This document shows positions 12,223 to 21,094 of a stretch of DNA of 64,000 bases, one piece after another. Made by a program: the position numbers and the translations under genes. Location of the stretch: the NCBI GenBank assembly GCA_015064635.1, contig SVRV01000009.1, positions 8,282 through 72,281 on the forward strand. Reading direction: 5' to 3'. Numbering within the stretch: position 1 is the first letter of the stretch; every line of letters starts with the position of its first letter. The notes below the pieces were generated by a model that was not told the origin of the DNA, searched no databases, and worked only from the letters and a program-made list of their open reading frames with translations. Source of the DNA: Oscillospiraceae bacterium (lineage in GTDB: Bacteria; Bacillota; Clostridia; Oscillospirales; SIG627).

Positions 12223-13019
12223 AAGCAAATATTTTATTTTCGGGCTCAAAAGGAAATTGTACATACATTTCCGACGGAGAGACCTCACTCCTTGTAGATG
12301 CGGGCGGAAATCTTAAAAGAATAAGAGAAAGCCTTGAGCAGCTTGGTGAGAGTCTTGATAACATCAAGGGTATTTTTGTTACTCATGAGCATACAGACCA
12401 TATAAACGCACTTTACAATATTACAAAAAAATATAATTTGAATATTTACACCACAGAAGAGACGGCGAGAGCATTTTGTACTCCTACGCCTTCAAGGGAT
12501 ATAGATGTTTGCAGAAATGTGGCGGGCTGCGTAATGACAGTCAAACCGAGTAAAACATATGAGATAGGCTCAATATATGTGAAGACATTTTCTACCCCCC
12601 ATGATACGGAGGGCAGTCTCGGTTTTGTTTTTAAATCAACAAAGGACGAAAAGAGTATCGGTTACGCCACGGATATAGGATATGTAACCGATGATATGAA
12701 ACAACTGTTCAGAGGTGTTAAAAACATAATAATCGAAGCAAATCATGATATAGAAATGCTTAAAAACGGTCCGTACCCCGAATATTTAAAGGAAAGAATT
12801 CTATCTGACAGGGGACACCTGTCAAATATGTCATGTGCAGAGTTTGTGCGTGAGCTTGCCAAAGAAGGAAGCTGCAGCTTCACTCTTGCACATTTGTCGG
12901 AGGAAAACAACAGACCCGATATTGCGTATGATACTGTAAAAAGTGCCATAGAGGATATTGACGGTGCTGTTGTAAAGGTTGCCTCGGCATATAGCACAAC
13001 AGAAGTTGAAATATTTTAA
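12219..13019 (+). CDS. MBL-fold metallo-hydrolase (YycJ/WalJ-like)
   Basis: HEHTDH motif with later His/Asp ligands, 266 aa. ATGA overlap with the upstream gene. Confidence 0.8.
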   Translation: MKANILFSGSKGNCTYISDGETSLLVDAGGNLKRIRESLEQLGESLDNIKGIFVTHEHTDHINALYNITKKYNLNIYTTEETARAFCTPTPSRDIDVCRNVAGCVMTVKPSKTYEIGSIYVKTFSTPHDTEGSLGFVFKSTKDEKSIGYATDIGYVTDDMKQLFRGVKNIIIEANHDIEMLKNGPYPEYLKERILSDRGHLSNMSCAEFVRELAKEGSCSFTLAHLSEENNRPDIAYDTVKSAIEDIDGAVVKVASAYSTTEVEIF

Positions 13020-13030
13020 GCGGAGAAAAT

Positions 13031-13510
13031 ATGATAGGTATAACAGTAATACATGTAGGTGATTTCAAGGAAAAATATCTTGATGAAGCCTACAAAGAGT
13101 ATTCAAAAAGAATAGGCGGGTACGCAAAATTCGAGGACATTTGCATAAAGGAAGAAAATCTTCCCGAATCTCCCTCTGATACGCAGATAGAAAAAGCTCT
13201 TTCTGCCGAAGGAAAGCAAATACTTGCAAAGCTTGACCCAAGGTCGAAAAAAATAGCTCTTTGCGTTGAAGGCAAACAGCTTTCCTCCGAGGAGCTTTCC
13301 GCCCTTATGGAAAAAAGTGCGGCGGAATATTCCAAAATAACATTTATTATAGGTTCATCTCACGGACTGTCCGAAGAAGTGAAAAATGCGGCGGATATGA
13401 AGCTCTCCTTTTCAAAAATGACATTTCCTCATCAGCTCATGCGTGTGATACTTGCTGAGCAGATTTACCGAGGAGAAACAATCATAGCAGGAAAAAAATA
13501 CCATAAATAA
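13031..13510 (+). CDS. rlmH: 23S rRNA (pseudouridine1915-N3)-methyltransferase RlmH
   Basis: 159-aa SPOUT protein with the typical N-terminus (ITVIHVGDFKEKYLDEAYKEY) and a C-terminal GSSHG...FPHQL pattern. Confidence 0.9.
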   Translation: MIGITVIHVGDFKEKYLDEAYKEYSKRIGGYAKFEDICIKEENLPESPSDTQIEKALSAEGKQILAKLDPRSKKIALCVEGKQLSSEELSALMEKSAAEYSKITFIIGSSHGLSEEVKNAADMKLSFSKMTFPHQLMRVILAEQIYRGETIIAGKKYHK

Positions 13511-13544
13511 AGGGCAAGACGCCCATTTATTTATGGTATTTTTG

Positions 13545-14399
13545 TTATTCATTTGTTTTTTTGACTTTTTTAAGATAGCTGCCGGGAGTGATGCCCATAT
13601 GCTTTTTAAAGACACGCTGGAAATAAAGTCTGTCGGTGTATCCCACGGCTATTGCAGCCTCTTCAATTGTAACCTCGCCTCCGGAGAGAAGCTCGGCTGC
13701 CTGTCTTATACGAAGAAGAGTAATATATTCCACGGGTGAGTGTCCCGTTACCTTGCGGAAAACTTCTCTGTAACGGCTGGGACTCAAAAACTCCATAGCA
13801 GAAAGCTCTTCCACAGATATTGAGGAGGAGAGATGTGTGTGAATGTGACGGATAGAAAGGTCAAGCTTACGTCCACCGTCACCGCTTTCCATCTTTGTTT
13901 TTCCCACCTTGAGAAGAATATAGGGCAGAATAATTGCGGCTGAGGTATCCACATTTGCAGTGTTGTTTCTGAATTCATAGAAAAGGTCTTCCCAGAGAGA
14001 ATATACCTCTTCACGCACTTCCACACGTGTTATTTCATTGGGTATTATTTCGCAGGCATTGAGAATTGCGTCTACATTATTGCCGGTGAAATGTATCCAG
14101 CGATATCTTACATAGTCGGAAGAGTCAGCATTGTTGGAATAAAAATAAGGAGTTCCGGGCGTGATACAAACTACCGTTCCTCGCTCGAGAATGCCTTTTT
14201 TACCGTTGATGACAGCTTCCATCCTTCCGCCCAAAACGTACATAAGATAATAGTCGCGTCTGCCTGCTTCCATTCTTGTCTGGAATCGGTTTTTTTCAAT
14301 TTGTTCTCCGCAGGAATTAACAAGTATATTGACACTTCTGTCGGCAATATTGTCTATTCTGAAATACGCCTGCGCCACATATTTAATATTTTCAGCCAT
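13545..14399 (-). CDS. AraC-family transcriptional regulator (cupin sensor + HTH)
   Basis: C-terminal AraC HTH (SVEELSAMEFLSPSRYREVFRKVTGHSPVEY...GYTDRLYFQRVFKKHMGITPGSY). ATG at 14399 has a GGAG RBS. The ORF-track start is 14471. Confidence 0.85.
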   Translation of the reverse strand: MAENIKYVAQAYFRIDNIADRSVNILVNSCGEQIEKNRFQTRMEAGRRDYYLMYVLGGRMEAVINGKKGILERGTVVCITPGTPYFYSNNADSSDYVRYRWIHFTGNNVDAILNACEIIPNEITRVEVREEVYSLWEDLFYEFRNNTANVDTSAAIILPYILLKVGKTKMESGDGGRKLDLSIRHIHTHLSSSISVEELSAMEFLSPSRYREVFRKVTGHSPVEYITLLRIRQAAELLSGGEVTIEEAAIAVGYTDRLYFQRVFKKHMGITPGSYLKKVKKTNE

Positions 14400-14552
14400 A
14401 ATAAACTCCGAAAAACCAAAAATCGTTGATTTGTCCATAAAAATCGTCATTTTGGTCATTGTATTTCTCACAAAAATGGTATACTATAAAATTAGGAAAA
14501 AGTCAAGTGTTTTTGACTAAAAAAACAAAAATTTAAAAGGTGGTAAACGATT

Positions 14553-15569
14553 ATGTTAAAAATGGGACTTGTAGGCCTCGGCGGAATGGGCAGAGGACAT
14601 CTCACACAGCTTGAAAAACTTATGGCAGACGGTGTTGGCATCGAGCTTGTAGCTCTTTGCGATATCGACCCCAAGGCTTTCGGTAAGGTTAAGACATCAC
14701 TCAACCTTGAAGGTATGGAAAAGTCTGATTATGACTTCTCAAAGTATCACTGCTATGACAACGTAGACGAAATGCTTGCAAACGAAAAGCTTGACCTTGT
14801 AAACGTTGTTGTTCCCACATATGAGCACAGCACAGTTGCTTGTAAGGTTATGAACGCAGGTGTTAACTGTCTTTGCGAAAAGCCCATGGCTATTTCAATT
14901 TCACAGTGTCAGCTCATGATCGACACAGCTAAGAAGAACAATGTTCGTCTCATGATCGGTCAGTGCCTCAGATTCTGGGGTGAGTGGGTTGTTCTTAAGG
15001 ACTTCTTCACATCAGGAAGACTTGGTGCTCCCATCGGTGGTTTCTACTACCGTAACGGCGGTACACCCACTAAGGACTGGTATCTCTGCCGTGAAAAGGG
15101 TGGCGGTGCGCTCTTCGATCAGCACATTCATGACGTAGATATGGTTAACTATCTCTACGGTGTTCCCAAGGCTGTTTCTACAGTTGGTAAGATAGTTATC
15201 CCCGGTTCAGGCTACGATACATGTGCTACAAACTACATTTATGATGAAAACTACTGTGTACATACAGAAAACCTTTGGGTAAACCACGAGTCAGGCTTCC
15301 GTCACGGCTTCAGAGCAGACTTTGAAGAAGGTACTGTTGTATTCGACGAAAAGGGCTTCAGAGCATTCTCTAAGGGTTATAAGGCTATTGACCTTCCCGC
15401 TGTTCCTCAGCTTGGCGGTCACTATCCCGAAATCAAGTATTTCGTTGAGCTTATCGAAAACAACGGAATCAACACAATCAACCCCCCCGAATCATCTCTC
15501 GACACTATCCGCATAGCTCTTGCGGAAGCAAAGTCAGCTGACCTCGGCGGCGCAATAGTTGAGCTTTAA
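14553..15569 (+). CDS. Gfo/Idh/MocA-family oxidoreductase, paralogue 1
   Basis: Rossmann N-terminus GLVGLGGMGRGH and an EKPMA motif, 338 aa. Confidence 0.85.
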   Translation: MLKMGLVGLGGMGRGHLTQLEKLMADGVGIELVALCDIDPKAFGKVKTSLNLEGMEKSDYDFSKYHCYDNVDEMLANEKLDLVNVVVPTYEHSTVACKVMNAGVNCLCEKPMAISISQCQLMIDTAKKNNVRLMIGQCLRFWGEWVVLKDFFTSGRLGAPIGGFYYRNGGTPTKDWYLCREKGGGALFDQHIHDVDMVNYLYGVPKAVSTVGKIVIPGSGYDTCATNYIYDENYCVHTENLWVNHESGFRHGFRADFEEGTVVFDEKGFRAFSKGYKAIDLPAVPQLGGHYPEIKYFVELIENNGINTINPPESSLDTIRIALAEAKSADLGGAIVEL

Positions 15570-15584
15570 TGCTTCGCATTAAGT

Positions 15585-15786
15585 AATGCACAATGCAAAA
15601 TGCACAGTGCATAATTATTGTTGATTTGCCAAAGCAAATCTTCCATTAAAAAATAAAAAAGGCGAAAATTGATTTACATCGAAATATCGTAACAAATACG
15701 ATATACTGATGTTGATTCCCAAACATTTGTTTGAAAACCTTTGGTTTTCTTCCTTAATTGTGCACTGTGCATTATGCATTGTGCAC
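15585..15786. repeat. Pair of 32-nt inverted repeats (15585-15617 and 15755-15786) enclosing several small palindromes
   Basis: AATGCACAATGCAAAATGCACAGTGCATAATTA versus the reverse complement of TAATTGTGCACTGTGCATTATGCATTGTGCAC gives 29/32 matches. Confidence 0.7.
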
Positions 15787-15843
15787 TGTTTGGGTTTTCA
15801 CCCAAAAGACACACCGTAAGATAACACTAAAGGAGAATAAATT

Positions 15844-16860
15844 ATGGCAATCAGAATGGGACTTGTAGGCCTCGGCGGAATGGGCAGAGGTCATCTCTCT
15901 ACAATAGAAAAACTTATGGCTGACGGAGCAGATATCGAGCTTGTAGCTCTTTGCGATATCGACCCCAAGGCTTTCGGTGCCGTAAAGGCATCACTCAACC
16001 TTGAAGGTATGGAAAAGGCAGACTATGACTTCTCAAAGTATCACTGCTATGACAACGTAGACGAAATGCTTGCTAACGAAAAGCTTGACCTTGTAAACGT
16101 TGTTGTTCCCACATATGAGCACAGCACAGTTACATGCAAGGTACTCAACGCAGGTGTTAACTGTCTTTGCGAAAAGCCCATGGCTATTTCGGTTGCACAG
16201 TGTCAGCTTATGATCGACACAGCTAAGAAGAACAATGTTCGTCTTATGATCGGTCAGTGTGAGCGTTTCGACGGACAGTATCTCACTCTCAAGGAAATTA
16301 TTGACAACGGCACACTCGGTAAGCCTATCGGCGGTCACTACTACAGAGGTGGCGCTGCTCCCACTAAGGAGTGGTACTTCTGCCGTGAAAAGGGTGGCGG
16401 AGGACTCTTCGACCAGCATATTCACGACGTTGATATGGTTCAGTATCTCTACGGTATGCCCAAGGCTGTTTCAACAGTTGGAAGAATTGTTCGTCCCGGC
16501 TCAGGCTATGACACAAGTGCTACCAACTATGTTTATGATGGTCTTTGCGTACATACATCAAACAACTGGGTACAGAATCAGCCCGGCTTCAAGTGGGGCT
16601 TCAGAGCTGACTTTGAGGAAGGTACCGTTGTAAGCGACCACAAGGGATTCAAGGCATATGACAAGGATTACAACGAAATCGAAATCAAGTCAAAGCACGA
16701 AAACGGCGGTCACTATGCTGAAATCAAGTATTTCGCAGAGCTCATTGCTAACGGCGGAGAGAATACAATCAATCCTCCCGAAGATTCAATGAATACTATC
16801 CGCATCGCTCTTGCGGAAATGGAATCTGCAGACAACAAGGGACAGCTTGTAGAGCTTTAA
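15844..16860 (+). CDS. Gfo/Idh/MocA-family oxidoreductase, paralogue 2
   Basis: 338 aa, collinear with paralogue 1. A 57-nt run at 16075-16131 is identical to 14781-14837. Confidence 0.85.
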   Translation: MAIRMGLVGLGGMGRGHLSTIEKLMADGADIELVALCDIDPKAFGAVKASLNLEGMEKADYDFSKYHCYDNVDEMLANEKLDLVNVVVPTYEHSTVTCKVLNAGVNCLCEKPMAISVAQCQLMIDTAKKNNVRLMIGQCERFDGQYLTLKEIIDNGTLGKPIGGHYYRGGAAPTKEWYFCREKGGGGLFDQHIHDVDMVQYLYGMPKAVSTVGRIVRPGSGYDTSATNYVYDGLCVHTSNNWVQNQPGFKWGFRADFEEGTVVSDHKGFKAYDKDYNEIEIKSKHENGGHYAEIKYFAELIANGGENTINPPEDSMNTIRIALAEMESADNKGQLVEL

Positions 16861-16881
16861 TATTTGAGTTTTTTGCGGGGA

Positions 16882-17064
16882 GGAGACTTTTTTGAAAAAA
16901 GTTTCCTAAGCCGGAGACGGCACCCCTTTTGTCAGCTACGCTGACATTTCCCCCTCTGGGGGAATAAACCTCTCAGGCTCTCCCGAAAAACAAAAAGTAA
17001 AGAATTTTTTATTATTAAAGTTTTTGAAGATTCCAAAGAAACTTTTTTCAAAAAGTTTCTTTGG
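16882..17064. repeat. Spacer with palindromic repeat-family A copies
   Basis: GGAGACTTTTTTGAAAAAAGTTTCC at 16882-16906. CCAAAGAAACTTTTTTCAAAAAGTTTCTTTGG at 17033-17064, with a tail at 17001-17032. Extra hairpins GTCAGCTACGCTGAC and CCCCCTCTGGGGG. Confidence 0.6.
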
Positions 17065-17107
17065 CAGGTTCAAGGACATAGTCCTTGATAAAAAGGAGAT
17101 ATAAACT

Positions 17108-18127
17108 ATGGCAATCAGAATGGGACTTATAGGCCTCGGCGGAATGGGCAGAGGTCACCTTACAATGATAGAACAGCTTATCGAGGGCGGAGCAGATATC
17201 GAGCTTGTAGCTCTTTGCGATACTGACCCCAAGGCTTTCGGTTCTGTTAAGGCATCACTTAATCTTGAAGGTATGGAAAAGTCAAATTATGACTTTGGAA
17301 AATACCATTGCTACCTTTCTGTAGACGAAATGCTTGCAAACGAAAAGGAGCTTGACCTTGTAAACGTTGTTGTTCCCACATATGAGCACAGCACAGTTGC
17401 TTGTAAGGTTATGAATGCAGGTATCAACTGTCTTTGCGAAAAGCCCATGGCTATTTCGGTTTCTCAGTGTCAGCTCATGCTTGATACAGCAAAGAAGAAC
17501 AATGTTCGTCTTATGATTGGTCAGTGCCTCAGATTCGGTGGCGAGTATTCAACACTCAAGGAAATAATCGACAACGGAACACTTGGCGCACCTATCGGCG
17601 GTCACTTCTACAGAGGTGGAGATGCACCTAAAAAGGATTGGTATTTCTGCCGTGAAAAGGGCGGCGGAGGACTTTTCGACCAGCATATCCATGACGTTGA
17701 TATGGTTAATTACCTCTACGGTATGCCCAAGGCTGTTTCAACAGTGGGTAGAGTAATTATCCCCGGTTCAGGCTATGACACAAGTGCTACCAACTATATT
17801 TATGACGGTCTTTGCGTACATACATCAAATAACTGGGCACAGCACGAAAGAGGCTTCAGACGCGGTTTCAGAGCAGACTTTGAGGAAGGTACTGTTATTT
17901 TTGATAATGACGGCTTCAGAGTTTTTGACAAGGACGGTACACTTCTCGATATCAAGCCCAAGCATAAGATCAGAGCTCACATGGTTGAGATCAAGTATCT
18001 GGTAGACCTTATTGCTAACGGCGGAGAGAATACAATCAATCCTCCCGAAGACTCAATGAACACCATCCGTATCGCTCTTGCCGAGATGGCATCAGCTGAC
18101 CTCGGTGGACAGCTTGTAGAGCTTTAA
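17108..18127 (+). CDS. Gfo/Idh/MocA-family oxidoreductase, paralogue 3
   Basis: 339 aa, collinear with paralogues 1 and 2. Has a one-codon insertion (KEL) relative to them. Confidence 0.85.
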   Translation: MAIRMGLIGLGGMGRGHLTMIEQLIEGGADIELVALCDTDPKAFGSVKASLNLEGMEKSNYDFGKYHCYLSVDEMLANEKELDLVNVVVPTYEHSTVACKVMNAGINCLCEKPMAISVSQCQLMLDTAKKNNVRLMIGQCLRFGGEYSTLKEIIDNGTLGAPIGGHFYRGGDAPKKDWYFCREKGGGGLFDQHIHDVDMVNYLYGMPKAVSTVGRVIIPGSGYDTSATNYIYDGLCVHTSNNWAQHERGFRRGFRADFEEGTVIFDNDGFRVFDKDGTLLDIKPKHKIRAHMVEIKYLVDLIANGGENTINPPEDSMNTIRIALAEMASADLGGQLVEL

Positions 18128-18278
18128 TATTTGAATTTATAACAGGGGAGAATGCTTTTGAAGTCAAAAGCACCCTCCCCTGTACCCCTTCCGAAAAACA
18201 AATTTTTAAAGAACCACCGTAACCCACGTTGCAAAAGGTGGGAGTTTTGGAGGGAGATTTGTTCATCCCGATGCCTTA

Positions 18279-18410
18279 CGACTCGCTTTAGTCTCGCACA
18301 TTGCTCGGCTACGCTCCCTGTATGGCTTGAATTTTTGTAAGTTACGCTAACGCTACACTACAAAAATCCCCCGCTCAGCCGTACCTATGTACGCCAGTGC
18401 GAGGGAGGGA
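18279..18410. repeat. Repeat-family B element (large imperfect palindrome)
   Basis: The left arm at 18279-18337 resembles 31911-31969 (51 of 59 positions). CAAAAATCCCCCGC occurs at 18361-18374 and 31995-32008. The right arm ...GCCAGTGCGAG mirrors CTCGCACATTGC.... Confidence 0.6.
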
Positions 18411-18599
18411 CAAAAGAAAAGGCAATTAATAAAATCCGAAGGATTTTTACCTTGAAAAATTGTCAAAGGGGAAGATAACATATATTTTAAGTCAAATGCT
18501 TTTGAGGATTGATTTATACTATATTTTACCCCTTGCCTTTTCGGTCTCACCCAAAAGAACCACCGTACGATAACATAACTTAAAGGAGATATTATAATT

Positions 18600-19445
18600 A
18601 TGGCTATAAAGATAGGCTCAATCGTATACCTCAGTCCTTCAACTATTGAAAAGAAGTTCATTCAGATGAAGGAGCTTGGCATGTGCAGCTTACAGCTCAG
18701 CTCATGGCAGGTAACTGAGAGAACAGATGAAACAGCAGAAATAATCAAGAACCTTTGCAAGAAGTATGATATGGAGATTTCCGCTCTCTGGTGCGGATGG
18801 ACTCCCACATGCTACTGGAACTTCTACGAAGGACAGGAAACACTCGGTCTTGTTCCTGTTGCAACTCGTAACCACAGACTCGCAGAGCTTATGCAGGGCG
18901 CTGACTGGGCAGCGAAGATCGGTACACCCGACATCACAACACACGTTGGTTACATGCCCGAAAACCCCTACGACCCCAACTACATCGGTACAATAGTTGC
19001 TCTTAAGACTCTTTGTACCAAGGCTAAGAATCTCGGTCTCCACTTCAATTTCGAGACAGGACAAGAAACACCCACTACCATTGCCCGTGCAATCGAGGAC
19101 ATCGGAACAGGCAATATCGGTATCAACCTTGACCCCTCAAACCTTATCACCTACGGTAAGGCTAACCCCTGCGACGCTATGGACACTATCGGTGACTTTG
19201 TAAGAGGTGTACACGTTAAGGACGGTCTTTACCCCACAAGCGGTAAGAAGTGCGGCGTAGAGGTAAGAGTTGGTGACGGTAAGGTTAACTTCCCCAGACT
19301 TATCGGACTTCTCAATGAGCACAAGTACACAGGTCACTACACAATCGAGAGAGAAATCCCCGAGGGTGCAGAACAGCTTGCTGATATCAAGCACGCTATC
19401 GACCTTATCACAACAGAGTACAACAAGTACAACTGGGAGTTTTAA
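18600..19445 (+). CDS. Sugar phosphate isomerase/epimerase (xylose-isomerase-like TIM barrel)
   Basis: 281 aa. Pattern HVGYMPE, FNFETGQE, INLDPSN, VHVKDG and TIEREI is typical of the AP-endonuclease-2/xylose-isomerase-like fold. Confidence 0.8.
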   Translation: MAIKIGSIVYLSPSTIEKKFIQMKELGMCSLQLSSWQVTERTDETAEIIKNLCKKYDMEISALWCGWTPTCYWNFYEGQETLGLVPVATRNHRLAELMQGADWAAKIGTPDITTHVGYMPENPYDPNYIGTIVALKTLCTKAKNLGLHFNFETGQETPTTIARAIEDIGTGNIGINLDPSNLITYGKANPCDAMDTIGDFVRGVHVKDGLYPTSGKKCGVEVRVGDGKVNFPRLIGLLNEHKYTGHYTIEREIPEGAEQLADIKHAIDLITTEYNKYNWEF

Positions 19446-19455
19446 TAAAAAATTA

Positions 19456-19486
19456 CAGCCATCGCATTTTTGCGATGGCTGATTTT
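19456..19486 (+). terminator. Rho-independent terminator of the sugar locus
   Basis: CAGCCATCGCA-TTTT-TGCGATGGCTG, followed by ATTTT. Confidence 0.75.
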
Positions 19487-19489
19487 CAG

Positions 19490-19523
19490 TATAAAATACG
19501 GGCGGAAATAAATCCGCCCGTAT
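19490..19523 (-). terminator. Rho-independent terminator of glyQS
   Basis: ATACGGGCGGA/TCCGCCCGTAT hairpin with a T-run on the minus strand. Confidence 0.7.
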
Positions 19524-19532
19524 ACTTTTCAA

Positions 19533-20909
19533 TTAAAATTCAAGCTTCTTATTGATGTAATCAACAAGCTCTGTAATGGGAAGTCTTACCTGCTCCATTG
19601 TGTCACGGTCACGAACTGTTACGCAGCCGTCTGTTTCTGAATCGAAGTCATATGTGATACAGAAGGGTGTACCGATCTCGTCCTCACGGCGATAACGCTT
19701 ACCGATTGAGCCTGCCTCGTCAAAGTCAACCATGAAGTGCTTGGAGAGCATCTGATGTACCTCGGAAGCCTTTTCGGAAAGCTTCTTTGAAAGGGGAAGA
19801 ACTGCAGCCTTGAAGGGTGCAAGTGCGGGATGGAAGTGCATAACCACACGGGTATCGCCTTCGCCGATGGTCTCCTCGTCATACGCCTCAACAAGGAAGG
19901 CAAGAGCAACACGGTCAGCACCGAGTGAGGGCTCAACAACGTAAGGAATGTACTTCTCGTTTGTCTCGGGATCGAAGTATTCAAGAGACTGTCCGCTGTG
20001 ATTCTGATGCTGTGTAAGGTCGTAGTCTGTTCTGTCCGCAATGCCCCAAAGCTCGCCCCATCCGAAGGGGAAGAGGTACTCGAAGTCTGTTGTAGCCTTT
20101 GAGTAGAAGCTGAGCTCCTCGGGAGAGTGGTCACGAAGCTTGAGATTTTCCTTCTTCATGCCGAGGTTGTAAAGGAAGTTTGCACAATAATCCTTCCAGA
20201 AAGCAAACCACTCAAGGTCTGTGTCGGGCTTACAGAAGAATTCAAGCTCCATCTGCTCAAACTCACGGGTACGGAATGTGAAGTTACCGGGTGTGATCTC
20301 GTTACGGAAGGATTTACCAATCTGTGCAACACCGAAGGGTACCTTCTTACGAGAGGTTCTCTGTATATTAGCAAAGTTTACGAAAATTCCCTGTGCTGTC
20401 TCGGGACGGAGATAAAGCTCAGCCTTTGCATCCTCTGTAACACCCTGGAAGGTCTTGAACATAAGGTTGAACTTACGGATATCTGTAAAGTTATGTGCGC
20501 CACACTCGGGACAAGCAATGTTGTTCTCCTTGATGTAGTTCATCATCTCTTCGTTTGACCAACCGTCAGCAGGTGCGCCCGAATGCTCCTCGATGAGCTT
20601 GTCGGCGCGGTGTCTTGCCTTACATTCCTTACAGTCCATAAGGGGGTCGGAGAAGCCTCCAACGTGACCGGATGCAACCCATGTCTGAGGATTCATAAGG
20701 ATAGCAGAGTCAAGTCCTACGTTGTAGGGAGATTCCTGAACGAACTTCTTCCACCAAGCACGCTTAACGTTGTTCTTGAATTCAACTCCGAGCGGTCCGT
20801 AGTCCCAAGTGTTTGCAAGACCGCCGTAAATCTCGGAGCCCGAGTATATAAAACCGCGGTTCTTACAAAGGGAAACGATTTTTTCCATTGTCTTTTCGCT
20901 GTTAATCAT
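19533..20909 (-). CDS. glyQS: Glycine--tRNA ligase (alpha2 type)
   Basis: 458 aa with the class II aaRS pattern ([29 protein letters not shown]) and a C-terminal anticodon-binding domain. Confidence 0.95.
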   Translation of the reverse strand: MINSEKTMEKIVSLCKNRGFIYSGSEIYGGLANTWDYGPLGVEFKNNVKRAWWKKFVQESPYNVGLDSAILMNPQTWVASGHVGGFSDPLMDCKECKARHRADKLIEEHSGAPADGWSNEEMMNYIKENNIACPECGAHNFTDIRKFNLMFKTFQGVTEDAKAELYLRPETAQGIFVNFANIQRTSRKKVPFGVAQIGKSFRNEITPGNFTFRTREFEQMELEFFCKPDTDLEWFAFWKDYCANFLYNLGMKKENLKLRDHSPEELSFYSKATTDFEYLFPFGWGELWGIADRTDYDLTQHQNHSGQSLEYFDPETNEKYIPYVVEPSLGADRVALAFLVEAYDEETIGEGDTRVVMHFHPALAPFKAAVLPLSKKLSEKASEVHQMLSKHFMVDFDEAGSIGKRYRREDEIGTPFCITYDFDSETDGCVTVRDRDTMEQVRLPITELVDYINKKLEF

Positions 20910-20951
20910 TTTATTAGTTCCTTTTTTGTATAAAATATTTTTTCACCCTAC

Positions 20952-20980
20952 ATTTTACCAAATAAAACGCATTTCGTCAA
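20952..20980 (-). promoter_or_regulatory. SigmaA-type promoter of glyQS
   Basis: On the minus strand: TTGACG (20980-20975), a 17-nt spacer, then TGgTAAAAT (-10 at 20957-20952). Confidence 0.55.
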
Positions 20981-21094
20981 TAGCTTTTGGGGTTTTATTT
21001 ATTATATTCTGTTTTTGATTTAATTGAATCTTTCAATACAACAAAAAAGCAAAAATAGGGAAGTCAAAACAACCCTATTTTTACTTCATAAAAT

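Noticed and set aside
18036-18661. ORFs 18036-18266 (-), 18152-18340 (+) and 18353-18661 (-) in the spacer after paralogue 3.
   Set aside because: They merely traverse the hairpin and repeat elements. No RBS is present. 18353-18661 also overlaps the well-supported start of the TIM-barrel gene.
20910-21094. Expected a T-box leader upstream of glyQS, as in Bacillus.
   Set aside because: The region holds only a promoter (TTGACG, 17 nt, TGgTAAAAT) and a ~45-nt leader. There is no GGUGGNACCGCG-like T-box sequence, no Stem I and no terminator.
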